A program made the translations under genes and the position numbers. From positions 12,945 to 76,944 of the forward strand of contig JACWEN010000001.1 in NCBI GenBank assembly GCA_014653455.1: a stretch of DNA of 64,000 bases, given 5' to 3'. Positions 39,639 to 49,898 of this stretch are shown here, piece by piece; position 1 is the first letter of the stretch; every line of letters starts with the position of its first letter. Source of the DNA: Pelagibacterales bacterium SAG-MED46. Its GTDB lineage: Bacteria > Pseudomonadota > Alphaproteobacteria > Pelagibacterales > Pelagibacteraceae. The notes under the pieces were generated by a model. It saw only the letters and a program-made list of their open reading frames with translations. It was not told the origin of the DNA and made no database searches.

Positions 39639-40493
39639 TTATTTATTAATTAATTCACTAATAAAATTTTCTCCGTAACCATCATCGACAGCTTTTTGAA
39701 AATAGTTTTTATTTACTTCGGCAACTTTTTCAGCTTCAGGAAAATCTTTTAATAAATCTTGTATATAACTTAAATCTTTAACAGAATTTGTTGCCGTGAA
39801 TTTAAAACCAGTAAAATCACCTTTAAGCAAACTGTCAAAAACTCTATTAAGTGCAGCAGAATTTCCAGATCCTAGTTTAGCAACATCAAAAACTTTTTTT
39901 AAATCCAACCCTAGTTCTGTAGCTGATTTAGCTAAGTGATTTACTAAAGCAGCATTCCCTAATGATAAAAAGTTGTTTAAAAGCTTTGATTTTGCGCCCA
40001 TACCAACAGGACCAAAGTAAAAGTAATCTTTACAAAACATCTTAAGATATTGCTCTCCCATTTTAAAATTTTCAACTGATCCACCAACTATTCCTCCCAA
40101 TATTCCTCCTTCTGCTTGAACTGGGCCTCCCATAACAGGACATTCAATATAATTAATATTATTAGATTTAAAAATCTGTTCAGTTTCAATTGAACCAGTT
40201 TTATTATGAGTAGTAATATCAATTATTAGGGTTTTGCTATCTAAGACTTTTGAAATCTTCTCTGAAATTGATTTAGCAATAGGTGTATTTGTTACACACA
40301 TAATTAAAACATCCAAATTTTTATTTGAAAACGCCTCAAAGGATTTTACTTCTTCAGCTCCTTCATTAACAATTTTATCAATTGGCTTTCTATTTTTATT
40401 AGCAATTACAAAAAGATTATTTTTGTGTTTTAGAATATTTTTGGCAATACCATAGCCCATATACCCAACACCAATAAAACCAATATTTTTCAT
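39639..40493 (-). CDS. Beta-hydroxyacid dehydrogenase family (3-hydroxyisobutyrate dehydrogenase/GarR-like)
   Basis: IGFIGVGYMG, CPVMGGP..A..G, G.G...KL.NN, KDL. Confidence 0.9.
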   Translation of the reverse strand: MKNIGFIGVGYMGYGIAKNILKHKNNLFVIANKNRKPIDKIVNEGAEEVKSFEAFSNKNLDVLIMCVTNTPIAKSISEKISKVLDSKTLIIDITTHNKTGSIETEQIFKSNNINYIECPVMGGPVQAEGGILGGIVGGSVENFKMGEQYLKMFCKDYFYFGPVGMGAKSKLLNNFLSLGNAALVNHLAKSATELGLDLKKVFDVAKLGSGNSAALNRVFDSLLKGDFTGFKFTATNSVKDLSYIQDLLKDFPEAEKVAEVNKNYFQKAVDDGYGENFISELINK

Positions 40494-40548
40494 AATTTTA
40501 TAAATAATAGAAGTTTACATGATAGATTAATATATATAAAGTTTAAAG

Positions 40549-40728
40549 ATGAATTATGTAAATGGTTTAATCAAACTTATAATAAGTTTAGTTGTTTCTA
40601 CAATTATTATTTATTCAATAAACTTTGTAGCTGGATTTGGTGGCGCAGATTATACTTTCACGCATGGCGAAGTATTTATTATTTGGATATTAATGGCAAT
40701 TTTAGTAAACAATTGTTTAAAAAAATAA
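40549..40728 (+). CDS. Unannotated 59-aa two-TM membrane protein
   Basis: MNYVNGLIKLIISLVVSTIIIYSINFVAGFGGADYTFTHGEVFIIWILMAILVNNCLKK*; fills the gap and ends 1 nt from the convergent DMT stop. Confidence 0.65.
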   Translation: MNYVNGLIKLIISLVVSTIIIYSINFVAGFGGADYTFTHGEVFIIWILMAILVNNCLKK

Positions 40729-40729
40729 A

Positions 40730-41593
40730 TTACTTTTTAGAACCTTCGGTTCTTATAAACATTATTCCAAAAATTATAATTCCTATAACCCCTACAATTT
40801 TATTAATGTCAAAAGGTACTCCAAAAATTAAGAAATTAACAATCGTTGACCAAACTAATTGTGAATATTGAAAATTTGTTACAAATGATAAATTAGAAAG
40901 CTGTATAGCATAAATTATTAGGGAGTGACTTATGAATCCTGCGAAACCAAGTAATACCAGATATACCCAGTAAATATTTTTTTCTAAAGGTTCCCAATTA
41001 AATATTATAAAGATACTGAAAATAATTGCTCCTAAAATTGAAGTATAAAAAATTGCTGCAAATGGATCATTATCGTTTGAGATAACTTTTGTAAAAAATT
41101 GATAAAGAGCCCAGCATATGGGAGGAACAATGGGAAATATTAAATCTAAACTAAAAATTTTCATGCTTGGTCCCAAAGAGTATATAATCGAGCCAAAACT
41201 TAAGAGCATTAAAACTATTCCTTTAAAAGTTAAAATATCCTTTAAAAAATATGCAGAGAGTAATGAAACTACTAATGGAGCTGTAAAAAAAACAACATAT
41301 ATGTCTACTAAGTCAAATTTTTGTAAAGAATAAAACATGAATGTGGTAGCTGTTACCATTAATATTGATCTTATTATTTGAACTTTGAAGTTTTTTTTAA
41401 GATTTACCTTTGGTTTAAAAACAAAAAAAAATGCAATTAAAGACACAAGGTGAAAAAAAAATCTTCCCCAAATTGCTTGAGTAACTGGCATCACAGTTCC
41501 TAAATATTTAGCTGTGGAATCCATGCACACAAACATAAAAAAACCACCAGCAGCTAATAAAATTACATTAAATAATGGGGTTTTTTGAGGCAC
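40730..41593 (-). CDS. DMT/EamA family transporter
   Basis: MD..AKYL, W.RF, FTAPL....S...L, F.YSQLVW; about 10 TM segments; start uncertain (GTG 41593 chosen). Confidence 0.85.
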   Translation of the reverse strand: MPQKTPLFNVILLAAGGFFMFVCMDSTAKYLGTVMPVTQAIWGRFFFHLVSLIAFFFVFKPKVNLKKNFKVQIIRSILMVTATTFMFYSLQKFDLVDIYVVFFTAPLVVSLLSAYFLKDILTFKGIVLMLLSFGSIIYSLGPSMKIFSLDLIFPIVPPICWALYQFFTKVISNDNDPFAAIFYTSILGAIIFSIFIIFNWEPLEKNIYWVYLVLLGFAGFISHSLIIYAIQLSNLSFVTNFQYSQLVWSTIVNFLIFGVPFDINKIVGVIGIIIFGIMFIRTEGSKK

Positions 41594-41607
41594 TATGGAG
41601 ATCTTTA

Positions 41608-43113
41608 CTACATTACAACGCCTACTTGCCAAGGATTAAATTCCTCGTCACCGTAGCCGTTGATCTCACTTTTTGATTTATTTCCTGATGCTGTATTTAC
41701 TACTAGTTCAAAAATTTTTTGCCCCACATCTTCTATTTTCTCTTTACCTTCAGCAATTGTTCCACAGTTAATATCCATATCTTCAGACATTTTTTTATAC
41801 ATAGTTGAGTTTGTTGAAAGTTTTAAACTTGGTACAGGTTTACATCCAAAGCATGAACCTCTACCTGTAGTAAAACAAATAACATTAGCACCTGATGCAA
41901 CTTGACCTGTAACTGATACGGGATCGTAGCCTGGTGAATCCATAAAGTTAAATCCTTTATTTTTTAAAGGTTCTGCATAGTTTAAAACATCTTGCAGTAT
42001 AGAATTTCCTCCCTTTGCAACTGCACCTAGTGATTTTTCTAATATTGTCGTTAACCCACCTTTTTTATTTCCAGGGGCTGGATTATTATCCATAGAACTA
42101 TCATTTATTGAAGTATAATGTTTCCACCAATCAATTCTTTTTAATAGTTTATCAGCCGTCTGCTGTGAGTTCGCTCTATTAATTAACAAATGTTCTGCAC
42201 CATAGATTTCAGGAGTTTCAGATAAAATTGAACTTCCGCCTTTTTTTACCAAAAGATCAGCTGCAACTCCTAATGCAGGATTTGCTGTTATTCCAGAATA
42301 TCCATCTGACCCCCCACACTGCAATGCTAATGTTAGGTGACTTACAGGCTGTGAGGTTCTTTCAACTTTATTTGACTCGTTAAGTAAATTTTTAATTTGT
42401 GAGAATACTTTTTCAATAATTTTTTTTGTTCCACCCTCATCTTGAATTGTTAAAAAATGGATCCGGTTGTGTTTTTTTAAAGATTCATCAAACAAGCTTA
42501 TTTGTGCACATTCGCAGCCTAAGCCAATTACAAAAACATGTGAAAAATTTGGATGATTTTTAAATCCATCAATTGTTCTTTGAAAAATTTGCATACCCTC
42601 ACTTACTGTGTTCATTCCACATCCAGTAGAATGTGTAATAGGTACAATGCCATCAATATTTGGGTAATCCATTAAAATATTTGAATACTTAATTTTCTCT
42701 ACAATCATTTTAGTGACAGTAGCAGAACAATTAACTGTACTTACAATTCCAATATAATTTCTTGTAGCCACATCTCCATTATCTCTCAAAATACCATTAA
42801 AAAAAGTGTCTGCTTTTTCACTAATTATATTTTTTTTGTCTGTTACCTTAAATTCTCTTTTAAATTCTCTAAATTCTAAGTTATGCGAATGGACGTGCTC
42901 TCCTGGCTTGATATCATTAAGTGCAAAGCCAATTATTTGATCATATTTTATTATAGGATCACCTTTGTTTATAGATTTTAAGCAAACTTTATGTCCAAAA
43001 GGAATTGGGTCTATGGTACTTATCTCATGTCCCTCTATTTTAGTTTTTTCAGGAATGATAAATTGACTCACGCCAACATTGTCATTTTGGTTTAAAACTA
43101 TTAGATTATTCAT
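41608..43113 (-). CDS. UxaA/GarD family sugar-acid dehydratase (SAF plus catalytic domain)
   Basis: DNV, IP.GHK, GEHVHSHN, TRNY, H..GCG, GLGCE, CGGSDGYSG.TANP, GNK.GGLTT..EKSLG, FTTGRG. Confidence 0.92.
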   Translation of the reverse strand: MNNLIVLNQNDNVGVSQFIIPEKTKIEGHEISTIDPIPFGHKVCLKSINKGDPIIKYDQIIGFALNDIKPGEHVHSHNLEFREFKREFKVTDKKNIISEKADTFFNGILRDNGDVATRNYIGIVSTVNCSATVTKMIVEKIKYSNILMDYPNIDGIVPITHSTGCGMNTVSEGMQIFQRTIDGFKNHPNFSHVFVIGLGCECAQISLFDESLKKHNRIHFLTIQDEGGTKKIIEKVFSQIKNLLNESNKVERTSQPVSHLTLALQCGGSDGYSGITANPALGVAADLLVKKGGSSILSETPEIYGAEHLLINRANSQQTADKLLKRIDWWKHYTSINDSSMDNNPAPGNKKGGLTTILEKSLGAVAKGGNSILQDVLNYAEPLKNKGFNFMDSPGYDPVSVTGQVASGANVICFTTGRGSCFGCKPVPSLKLSTNSTMYKKMSEDMDINCGTIAEGKEKIEDVGQKIFELVVNTASGNKSKSEINGYGDEEFNPWQVGVVM

Positions 43114-43161
43114 GTTTTTATTATATAACTAATATTCTAAACAAACCATTACAAATTATTT

Positions 43162-44946
43162 ATGCCAATAAAACGTAAAAAAAATTTAAGAAGCCAACAA
43201 TGGTTTAATAATCCAAAAGATCCTGAGATGACCGCTCTTTATTTAGAGAGATATTTAAATTATGGATTAACTAGAAAAGAACTACAATCCGGAAATCCTA
43301 TTATTGGAATTGCTCAATCTGGAAGTGATCTTTCACCATGTAATAGACACTTCTTATCCTTGAGCAAGAGAATAAAGGATGGGATTAGAAGAGCAGGTGG
43401 TATTCCAATGGAATTTCCAACTCATCCAATTCAAGAAACTGGAAAAAGACCTACTGCTATGTTAGACAGAAATCTTTCTTACTTGTCACTAGTTGAAGTT
43501 TTGTATGGGTATCCAATTGATGGAGTAATACTAACAACTGGTTGTGATAAGACAACTCCAGCAGCATTAATGGCAGCTGCAACTGTCAACATTCCTGCAA
43601 TTGTTTTGTCAGGAGGACCAATGTTAGATGGAATTTATAAAGGCAAGCTTGCAGGATCAGGTATGGTGATTTGGGAAGCTAGAAAACTTTTAGCTAAAGG
43701 TAAAATTAATTATGATGAGTTTATGGATATGGTTGCATCTTCTGCTCCAAGTATTGGTCACTGTAATACAATGGGAACTGCTTCATCTATGAATTCAGTT
43801 GCAGAAGCTTTAGGAATGTCTTTAACTGGGTGCGCTGTTATACCAGCACCATATAAAGAACGTGAACAGATTTCTTTTGAAACAGGAAAAAGAATTGTTG
43901 AAATGGTTCATGAAGATTTAACACCATCCAAAATTATGACACGTAAAGCATTTGAAAATGCTGTTATTGTTGCAAGTGCAATTGGTGGGTCAAGTAATTG
44001 TACAGCTCATTTAAGTGCGATAGCAAAACATATGGGAATAAAATTCGATTTATCTGATTGGCAAAAGTTAGGACACAATATTCCTCTTTTAGTCAATTGC
44101 CAACCAGCTGGAGAATATTTAATGGAAAGTTTCTATAGAGCTGGTGGTGTGCCTGCGGTAATGAAAGAATTAATAAAAAATAAAAAAATTCACACCAATA
44201 TTATGACAGTTACAGGAAAAACAGTTGGTCAAAATTTAAAAAGAAAAATAGATGTAGATACCAAGGTTATTAAAACTTTCAAAAATAGCCTTGAAGATAA
44301 TGCAGGTTTTTTGGTTATGAAAAGTAACTTTTTCTCATCTGCAATTATGAAAACATCAGTAATTAGTAAAGAATTTAGAGATAGATATCTATCAGATCCC
44401 AAAAATCGAAATGTTTTTAACGGTAAAGCTGTGGTGTTTGAAGGACCTGAGGATTATCACAAAAGAATAAATGATAAAAAATTAAAAATAGATGAAAATT
44501 CTATTCTAATTATAAGGGGTTGTGGACCTGTTGGTTATCCTGGATCTGCAGAAGTAGTTAACATGCAGCCACCTGATAGACTGTTAAAAAAAGGAATTAC
44601 ACACTTACCAACTCTTGGGGATGGAAGACAAAGTGGTACCTCTGAAAGTCCATCAATTCTTCATGTTTCACCAGAATCTGCTGCAGGAGGAGATTTAGGA
44701 ATTGTAAAAACTGGAGATAAAATGAAAATTGATTTAAATAAAAGAAGAGTAGATTTATTGATTTCTCAATCTGAATTTAAGAAAAGAAGAAAAAATAAAA
44801 AACTATTTAAAGCAAATAATCAAACACCATGGCAAGAAATTTTTAGAGATACAGTGGGTCAGCTTGAAGACGGTGCGTGTATTAATTCACGTGGAAGTTA
44901 TTTAGATGTTTCTCATAAAAAAGGTCTTCCAAGAAATTCTCATTAA
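43162..44946 (+). CDS. IlvD/Edd family sugar-acid (pentonate/hexonate) dehydratase
   Basis: PCN.H, RPTAMLDRNL, GCDKTTPA, GHCNTMGTASSMN, DGRQSGTS.SPSILH.SPE; the RPTA and DGRQSGTS variants point to the sugar-acid branch rather than IlvD. Confidence 0.9.
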   Translation: MPIKRKKNLRSQQWFNNPKDPEMTALYLERYLNYGLTRKELQSGNPIIGIAQSGSDLSPCNRHFLSLSKRIKDGIRRAGGIPMEFPTHPIQETGKRPTAMLDRNLSYLSLVEVLYGYPIDGVILTTGCDKTTPAALMAAATVNIPAIVLSGGPMLDGIYKGKLAGSGMVIWEARKLLAKGKINYDEFMDMVASSAPSIGHCNTMGTASSMNSVAEALGMSLTGCAVIPAPYKEREQISFETGKRIVEMVHEDLTPSKIMTRKAFENAVIVASAIGGSSNCTAHLSAIAKHMGIKFDLSDWQKLGHNIPLLVNCQPAGEYLMESFYRAGGVPAVMKELIKNKKIHTNIMTVTGKTVGQNLKRKIDVDTKVIKTFKNSLEDNAGFLVMKSNFFSSAIMKTSVISKEFRDRYLSDPKNRNVFNGKAVVFEGPEDYHKRINDKKLKIDENSILIIRGCGPVGYPGSAEVVNMQPPDRLLKKGITHLPTLGDGRQSGTSESPSILHVSPESAAGGDLGIVKTGDKMKIDLNKRRVDLLISQSEFKKRRKNKKLFKANNQTPWQEIFRDTVGQLEDGACINSRGSYLDVSHKKGLPRNSH

Positions 44947-44947
44947 A

Positions 44948-45916
44948 ATGAAACCTAAAATACTAGTTACAAGAAAATTATCAGATGGAGCTGAAGAGAA
45001 ATTAAAGAAAAATTTTGATGTAACTCTTAATTTAAAAGATGAGCCAATTCCAAATAATGAACTTATTAAAATGGCTAATGAGTATGATGGATTTATTTCA
45101 ACGGGGTTTGATAAAATTGGAGAAGATTTTTTTAAAGATTTAAATGGTAAATTGAAAATAATTGCTCAAGTTGGAGTTGGCTACGATAACATTTCAGTCA
45201 AATCTGCTGAAAGTAAAAAAATTAAAGTTACTAATACTCCAAATGTTCTTAATGAAGCTGTTGCTGAAACTACTATTCTTTTAATGTTAGCTGCATCAAG
45301 AAGAATAGGTGAAGCGTATAATTTGGTAAGATCGGGAAAGTGGAAAGACCAAAAACCTGATCTAACTAAATTTATGATTGGTAATTCTGTTACAGGAAAA
45401 ACACTTGGTATAATTGGTATGGGTCGAATTGGGAGAATGGCAGCAAAATGTGCAAAAGCTTTTGGTATGAAAATAATTTACTACAATAGAAACAAGCTTT
45501 CAGAAGATCTTGAAGATGGAGCAAAATATTTTTCAGATATAAATTCTATGATGCCTGAATGTGATTTCGTAAGTATTCATACCCCAGCTACGGCAGAGAC
45601 AAAACATATTTTAAATGCTAGTACTATTAAACTATTGCCTAAGCATGCTGTAGTTATTAATACTTCAAGAGGGTCAACAATTGATGACGATGCATTAATA
45701 GAAGCTCTTCAAAATAATAAAATTTATGCAGCAGGGTTAGATGTATTTAATAATGAACCTAATCTTGATGAAAGATATATGAAATTGGATAATTGTTTTG
45801 TCTTACCTCATGTTGGTAGTGCCACTCATGAAACTCGTTTAGCTATGAGCATGATGGCAGTGGATAATCTTTGTAATTATTTTGAAAATAAGCCACTTAT
45901 TTCAGAAGTAGTCTAA
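44948..45916 (+). CDS. D-2-hydroxyacid dehydrogenase (glyoxylate/hydroxypyruvate reductase-like)
   Basis: GVGYDNI, TNTP.VL, GIIGMGRIG, INTSRG, AGLDVF..EP, LPHVGSAT; ATG 44948. Confidence 0.92.
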   Translation: MKPKILVTRKLSDGAEEKLKKNFDVTLNLKDEPIPNNELIKMANEYDGFISTGFDKIGEDFFKDLNGKLKIIAQVGVGYDNISVKSAESKKIKVTNTPNVLNEAVAETTILLMLAASRRIGEAYNLVRSGKWKDQKPDLTKFMIGNSVTGKTLGIIGMGRIGRMAAKCAKAFGMKIIYYNRNKLSEDLEDGAKYFSDINSMMPECDFVSIHTPATAETKHILNASTIKLLPKHAVVINTSRGSTIDDDALIEALQNNKIYAAGLDVFNNEPNLDERYMKLDNCFVLPHVGSATHETRLAMSMMAVDNLCNYFENKPLISEVV

Positions 45917-46043
45917 TACAACTAATAGTTGTTTTTTTAGTTAATATATATAATTTCTATACATATTTTTTTCTGTTTTGTTTGAATTTAAAAATCATTT
46001 GTGATTAAGTTCCATAATTAAAAACATAAACGAGAGGAAGATA

Positions 46044-47060
46044 ATGTTTAAACTAATAACAAAAACTATAGCTACAGTAGCTATTGTTTCAGTTGCTTTA
46101 TTTGGCTCTGCAAATGCAAAGACATTAAAAATTGAAACTCACTTTACTGCTAGCTCACCAAATGGTGAAGTTGCAGCTCAATTCGCAAAAAACGTTGAAA
46201 TGTTCTCTGGTGGAAGCTTAAAAGTAGAAATGTTCTACTCATCATCAGTAACAGGTAAATCTGCTGAGGTATTTAACTCTGCACAAACTGGAATTATTGA
46301 CTGTGATATGACTGGTGCTGGTTACCAAACTGGTAAGAATGCAGCGTTCCAATTCGCAGGTGATGTAATGGGTGGATACGATAACCCTTATCAACAATAC
46401 GATTTCTTAAAGTTCCCAGGAGCTCAAGATGCTGTTGATGCATTATACAACAAATATGGAATGACTTTAATTGGTTGGTGGATACCAGGACATGAGTCTC
46501 TAATATCTAGTAAGCCAATTCCAGATGTACCTTCAATTAAAGACTTTAAATTTAGATCACCTCCAGGAATGGAAAGTATGATCTTTAGCGCTTTAGGTGC
46601 TAAACCAATCGTAATGGATTTTGGTGAAGTTCCAACTGCTTTACAAACTGGTTTAATTGACGGTGCTGACTACTCATCTTTAGCAACTAACTACGCAGGT
46701 GGACACTATGAGAAAAACAGATATGCTACATATCCTGGTTTTCACTCTATGCCAGCTGACCACTTAGCTTGTAATACTAAAGTTTGGAAAAAGCTAAAAC
46801 CTCATGAAAGAGGAGCAATGAAAGCAGGAATAGAAATTGCTGGAAGAACTATCACTAGCTTAGTTGAGAGAAAAAACGCAGAAGCAGTAAAAGCTTTACT
46901 TGCTGATGGTGTTACTCTTCATGACTGGTCTAGAGAAGATAGACTTAAGTTCAGAAATGCTGCTCTTAATGCATGGCAGGAATGGAAAAAGAAATCTCCT
47001 GAAGCTGCCGCTCTTATAGATATACACACAGCTTACATGAAAGCTAACGGTATCCTATAA
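46044..47060 (+). CDS. dctP: TRAP transporter substrate-binding protein DctP
   Basis: Signal peptide; SGG.L..E.F, K.R.P.G, LGA.P..M..GEV..ALQ.G.IDG. Confidence 0.92.
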   Translation: MFKLITKTIATVAIVSVALFGSANAKTLKIETHFTASSPNGEVAAQFAKNVEMFSGGSLKVEMFYSSSVTGKSAEVFNSAQTGIIDCDMTGAGYQTGKNAAFQFAGDVMGGYDNPYQQYDFLKFPGAQDAVDALYNKYGMTLIGWWIPGHESLISSKPIPDVPSIKDFKFRSPPGMESMIFSALGAKPIVMDFGEVPTALQTGLIDGADYSSLATNYAGGHYEKNRYATYPGFHSMPADHLACNTKVWKKLKPHERGAMKAGIEIAGRTITSLVERKNAEAVKALLADGVTLHDWSREDRLKFRNAALNAWQEWKKKSPEAAALIDIHTAYMKANGIL

Positions 47061-47082
47061 TAAAAGCACATAATAAGATCTT

Positions 47083-47104
47083 GAAGGGCCTGAAAAGGCC
47101 CTTC
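47083..47104 (+). terminator. GAAA-tetraloop hairpin between dctP and dctQ
   Basis: GAAGGGCCT-GAAA-AGGCCCTTC followed by TTATTATTT. Confidence 0.75.
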
Positions 47105-47132
47105 TTATTATTTAAAAAATTTTTTTTAATCT

Positions 47133-47702
47133 ATGCTTGATAAACAATTACAAGAACAAAATGAAAAAGTTGCAAGCAAGGATGATTTTCCAATAAATTG
47201 GATTGATAGAGTTTCTCTTTTTTTAAGCCACACAATTAAATATTTAATCCCCGTAATAGTACTAGTCATGATGTATGAAATTTTTATGAGATATATCATG
47301 GAAAAACCAACAATGTGGGTGAATGAATTATGTCTATGGCTGGCTGGAATTTGTTATTTAGTAGGCGGAGTATATGCAACAAGATTAAGAAGCCATATTA
47401 GAATTGTATTATTATATGATTGGGTCAGTAGACCGACACAAAGAATCTTTGATCTAATAAGCACTATTATTATTGTTCTTTTTGCAGCAGCCGTAATTTA
47501 TGGTGGTATGGAAGATGCGTACAGATCATTTATAAATTGGGAGAGATTTGCAACTTTTTGGGATCCACCTATTCCTGCTACTATGAAGCCACTTACACTT
47601 ATATGTGTATTTCTTATTGCAGTTCAATCTGTAAATAACTTAATTATTGATTGGAGAAATCCAAAAGAAAAACAATACGATCCCTCTAAAGATTTAAAAT
47701 AA
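47133..47702 (+). CDS. dctQ: TRAP transporter small permease DctQ
   Basis: YE..MRY....PT.W..E, HIRI..LY, 4 TM segments. Confidence 0.92.
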   Translation: MLDKQLQEQNEKVASKDDFPINWIDRVSLFLSHTIKYLIPVIVLVMMYEIFMRYIMEKPTMWVNELCLWLAGICYLVGGVYATRLRSHIRIVLLYDWVSRPTQRIFDLISTIIIVLFAAAVIYGGMEDAYRSFINWERFATFWDPPIPATMKPLTLICVFLIAVQSVNNLIIDWRNPKEKQYDPSKDLK

Positions 47703-49025
47703 ATGGAAATTGAAATAGGAACACTCTCGATAATACTAATAGTTGGATTATTAGCTCTTATATCTATTGGGGTACCAATGGGTTTTGCTTCAGGTTTTAT
47801 GGGGGCAGTACTAGTATTTCTCTATATTGGTGAACATGCGCTTGGTATATTGCTTTCAAGATATTACTCACTCGTTGTAACTTATTCTTTTTTATCTGTG
47901 CCATTATTTATATTTATGGCCTCCTTACTTGAACGCTCGAACATTGCGAGAGATTTATATGATGCTTTAAATGCATGGTTAAGAAAAACCAGAGGTGGAG
48001 TAGGTGTTGTAACTGCGATCATGGCAACAATCATGGCTGCTATGAGTGGAATTATTGGTGGTGAAATTGTTTTATTAGGATTGATTGCACTTCCTCAGAT
48101 GTTAAGACTTAAATATGATCAGGATATGTCCATTGGTATTATTTGTGCATCAGGTTCTTTGGGTACAATGATACCTCCATCTATCGTTTTGATTATTTAT
48201 GGATTAACAACTGAAACTTCAATTACAATGCTATTCCAAGAAGCAATTGTGCCTGGTTTAATGATTTCAGCTTTAATCATTACATACATTCTTATTAGAA
48301 CAAGATTACAGCCACATCTTGCTCCATTAAGCGATGAACCTCCATTAACTCTAAAAGAGAAAATCTCATACTTACCAGGTCTTTTACCTCCAATAGGTAT
48401 TGTAATAATTGTTTTGGGTTCAATTTATTCTGGAATAACAGGTATCACAGAAGCTGCTGGAATGGGTGTGGTAGCTACATTAATTATAATTTTTTCCAGA
48501 AAAGAATTAACAGTTTTTTTATTTAAAGATGCACTAACAAGAACATTTAAAGCATCGGGTACTATTTTAACAATTACTTTTGGTGCAACAGTTTTAGCGG
48601 GCGCTTATTCACTTGCAGGTGGTCCAAAATATGTAGCGGAGACAATTTTGGCTTATGATTTAAAACCAATGTATTTAATTTTTATGATGCAATTAATGTT
48701 CTTGGTAATGGGAGCATTTATGGATTGGGTTGGGATAGTATTGTTGGCAATGCCAGTATTTTTACCAATAGTATTAGCTCTTGGATTTGATCCAATTTGG
48801 TTCGGAATATTATTTTGTGTGAACATGCAGGTGTCATTTTTAAGTCCACCATTTGGTCCCGCCGCCTTTTACCTAAAGTCAGTTGCTCCTCCTCATATAT
48901 CCTTAACAGATATTTTTAGAGGCTTTGCACCATTTATAGTAATTCAGTTAATTGTATTAGCATGTGTTATGTTTTTTCCAGAAATGATGACACAAAACTT
49001 CCACGAATTTGTACCAAAAAAATAA
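47703..49025 (+). CDS. dctM: TRAP transporter large permease DctM
   Basis: PLFIFM, GSLG.MIPPS..LI.YG, SPPFG. Confidence 0.95.
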   Translation: MEIEIGTLSIILIVGLLALISIGVPMGFASGFMGAVLVFLYIGEHALGILLSRYYSLVVTYSFLSVPLFIFMASLLERSNIARDLYDALNAWLRKTRGGVGVVTAIMATIMAAMSGIIGGEIVLLGLIALPQMLRLKYDQDMSIGIICASGSLGTMIPPSIVLIIYGLTTETSITMLFQEAIVPGLMISALIITYILIRTRLQPHLAPLSDEPPLTLKEKISYLPGLLPPIGIVIIVLGSIYSGITGITEAAGMGVVATLIIIFSRKELTVFLFKDALTRTFKASGTILTITFGATVLAGAYSLAGGPKYVAETILAYDLKPMYLIFMMQLMFLVMGAFMDWVGIVLLAMPVFLPIVLALGFDPIWFGILFCVNMQVSFLSPPFGPAAFYLKSVAPPHISLTDIFRGFAPFIVIQLIVLACVMFFPEMMTQNFHEFVPKK

Positions 49026-49898
49026 ATGAGTAAAAAAATTGGTTTTATTGGCATAGGCCTGATGGGTCTACCGATGGCAAAAAATATATTAAAATCAGGT
49101 TTTAATTTAAAAGCATTTAATAGATCTCAAAACAAAGCTGAACCTTTAAAAGAATTTGGTGCAGAAATTACAACCTCAATTGATGAGGTGGTTAAAGATT
49201 GTGATGTTGTAATCACTATGCTTACAGATGATTTAGCAATTAATGATGTAATGGATAGTCCTAATTTTTTAGAAAATTTAAAATCAGGTGCTACTGTTAT
49301 TGACATGAGCTCAGTTAAACCAACAACAGCAACCAAACACGGAAATAATTTTAAATCTAAAAAAATAAATTATTTAGATGCACCTGTTTCAGGTGGAACT
49401 ATTGGGGCAGAAGAGGCTTCGCTAGCTATAATGGTGGGAGGTGAACAAAAAGTTTTTGACGAAGTTGAAGATGTTTTAAAAACAATGGGCAACCCTACAT
49501 TAGTAGGACCGTTAGGAAGTGGACAAGTTTCAAAATTAGCAAATCAAATTATAGTTGGATTAACAATAGGGGCAGTAGCAGAAGCTATAACTTTGTGTGA
49601 AAAAGCAGGTGCAAACCCAAATAAAATGATCAAAGCCTTATCAGGTGGTTGGGCAGATAGTAAAATTCTTCAAACACATGGAAAAAGAATGATAGATAAA
49701 GATTTTATTCCAAAAGGCCGAACTTCAGTTCATCTTAAAGACATGAATAACATTTTAGAGTGTGCAAATAGTTATAATACACATTTACCTATTTCAAATT
49801 TAGTTAAAGAAATGTATAAAACTCTTGTTGAAAATGGACATGGAGAGACAGACCATAGCTCTCTGTATAAAGAAATTGAAAGGATAAATAAAAAATGA
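49026..49898 (+). CDS. 2-hydroxy-3-oxopropionate (tartronate semialdehyde) reductase-like protein
   Basis: IGFIGIGLMG.PMA, DAPVSGG..GA, GSGQ..KLANQ, GG.ADS.IL. Confidence 0.88.
   Translation: MSKKIGFIGIGLMGLPMAKNILKSGFNLKAFNRSQNKAEPLKEFGAEITTSIDEVVKDCDVVITMLTDDLAINDVMDSPNFLENLKSGATVIDMSSVKPTTATKHGNNFKSKKINYLDAPVSGGTIGAEEASLAIMVGGEQKVFDEVEDVLKTMGNPTLVGPLGSGQVSKLANQIIVGLTIGAVAEAITLCEKAGANPNKMIKALSGGWADSKILQTHGKRMIDKDFIPKGRTSVHLKDMNNILECANSYNTHLPISNLVKEMYKTLVENGHGETDHSSLYKEIERINKK

Noticed and set aside
43162..44946. Housekeeping ilvD
   Set aside because: Motif variants and the sugar-acid gene context favour an aldonate dehydratase.
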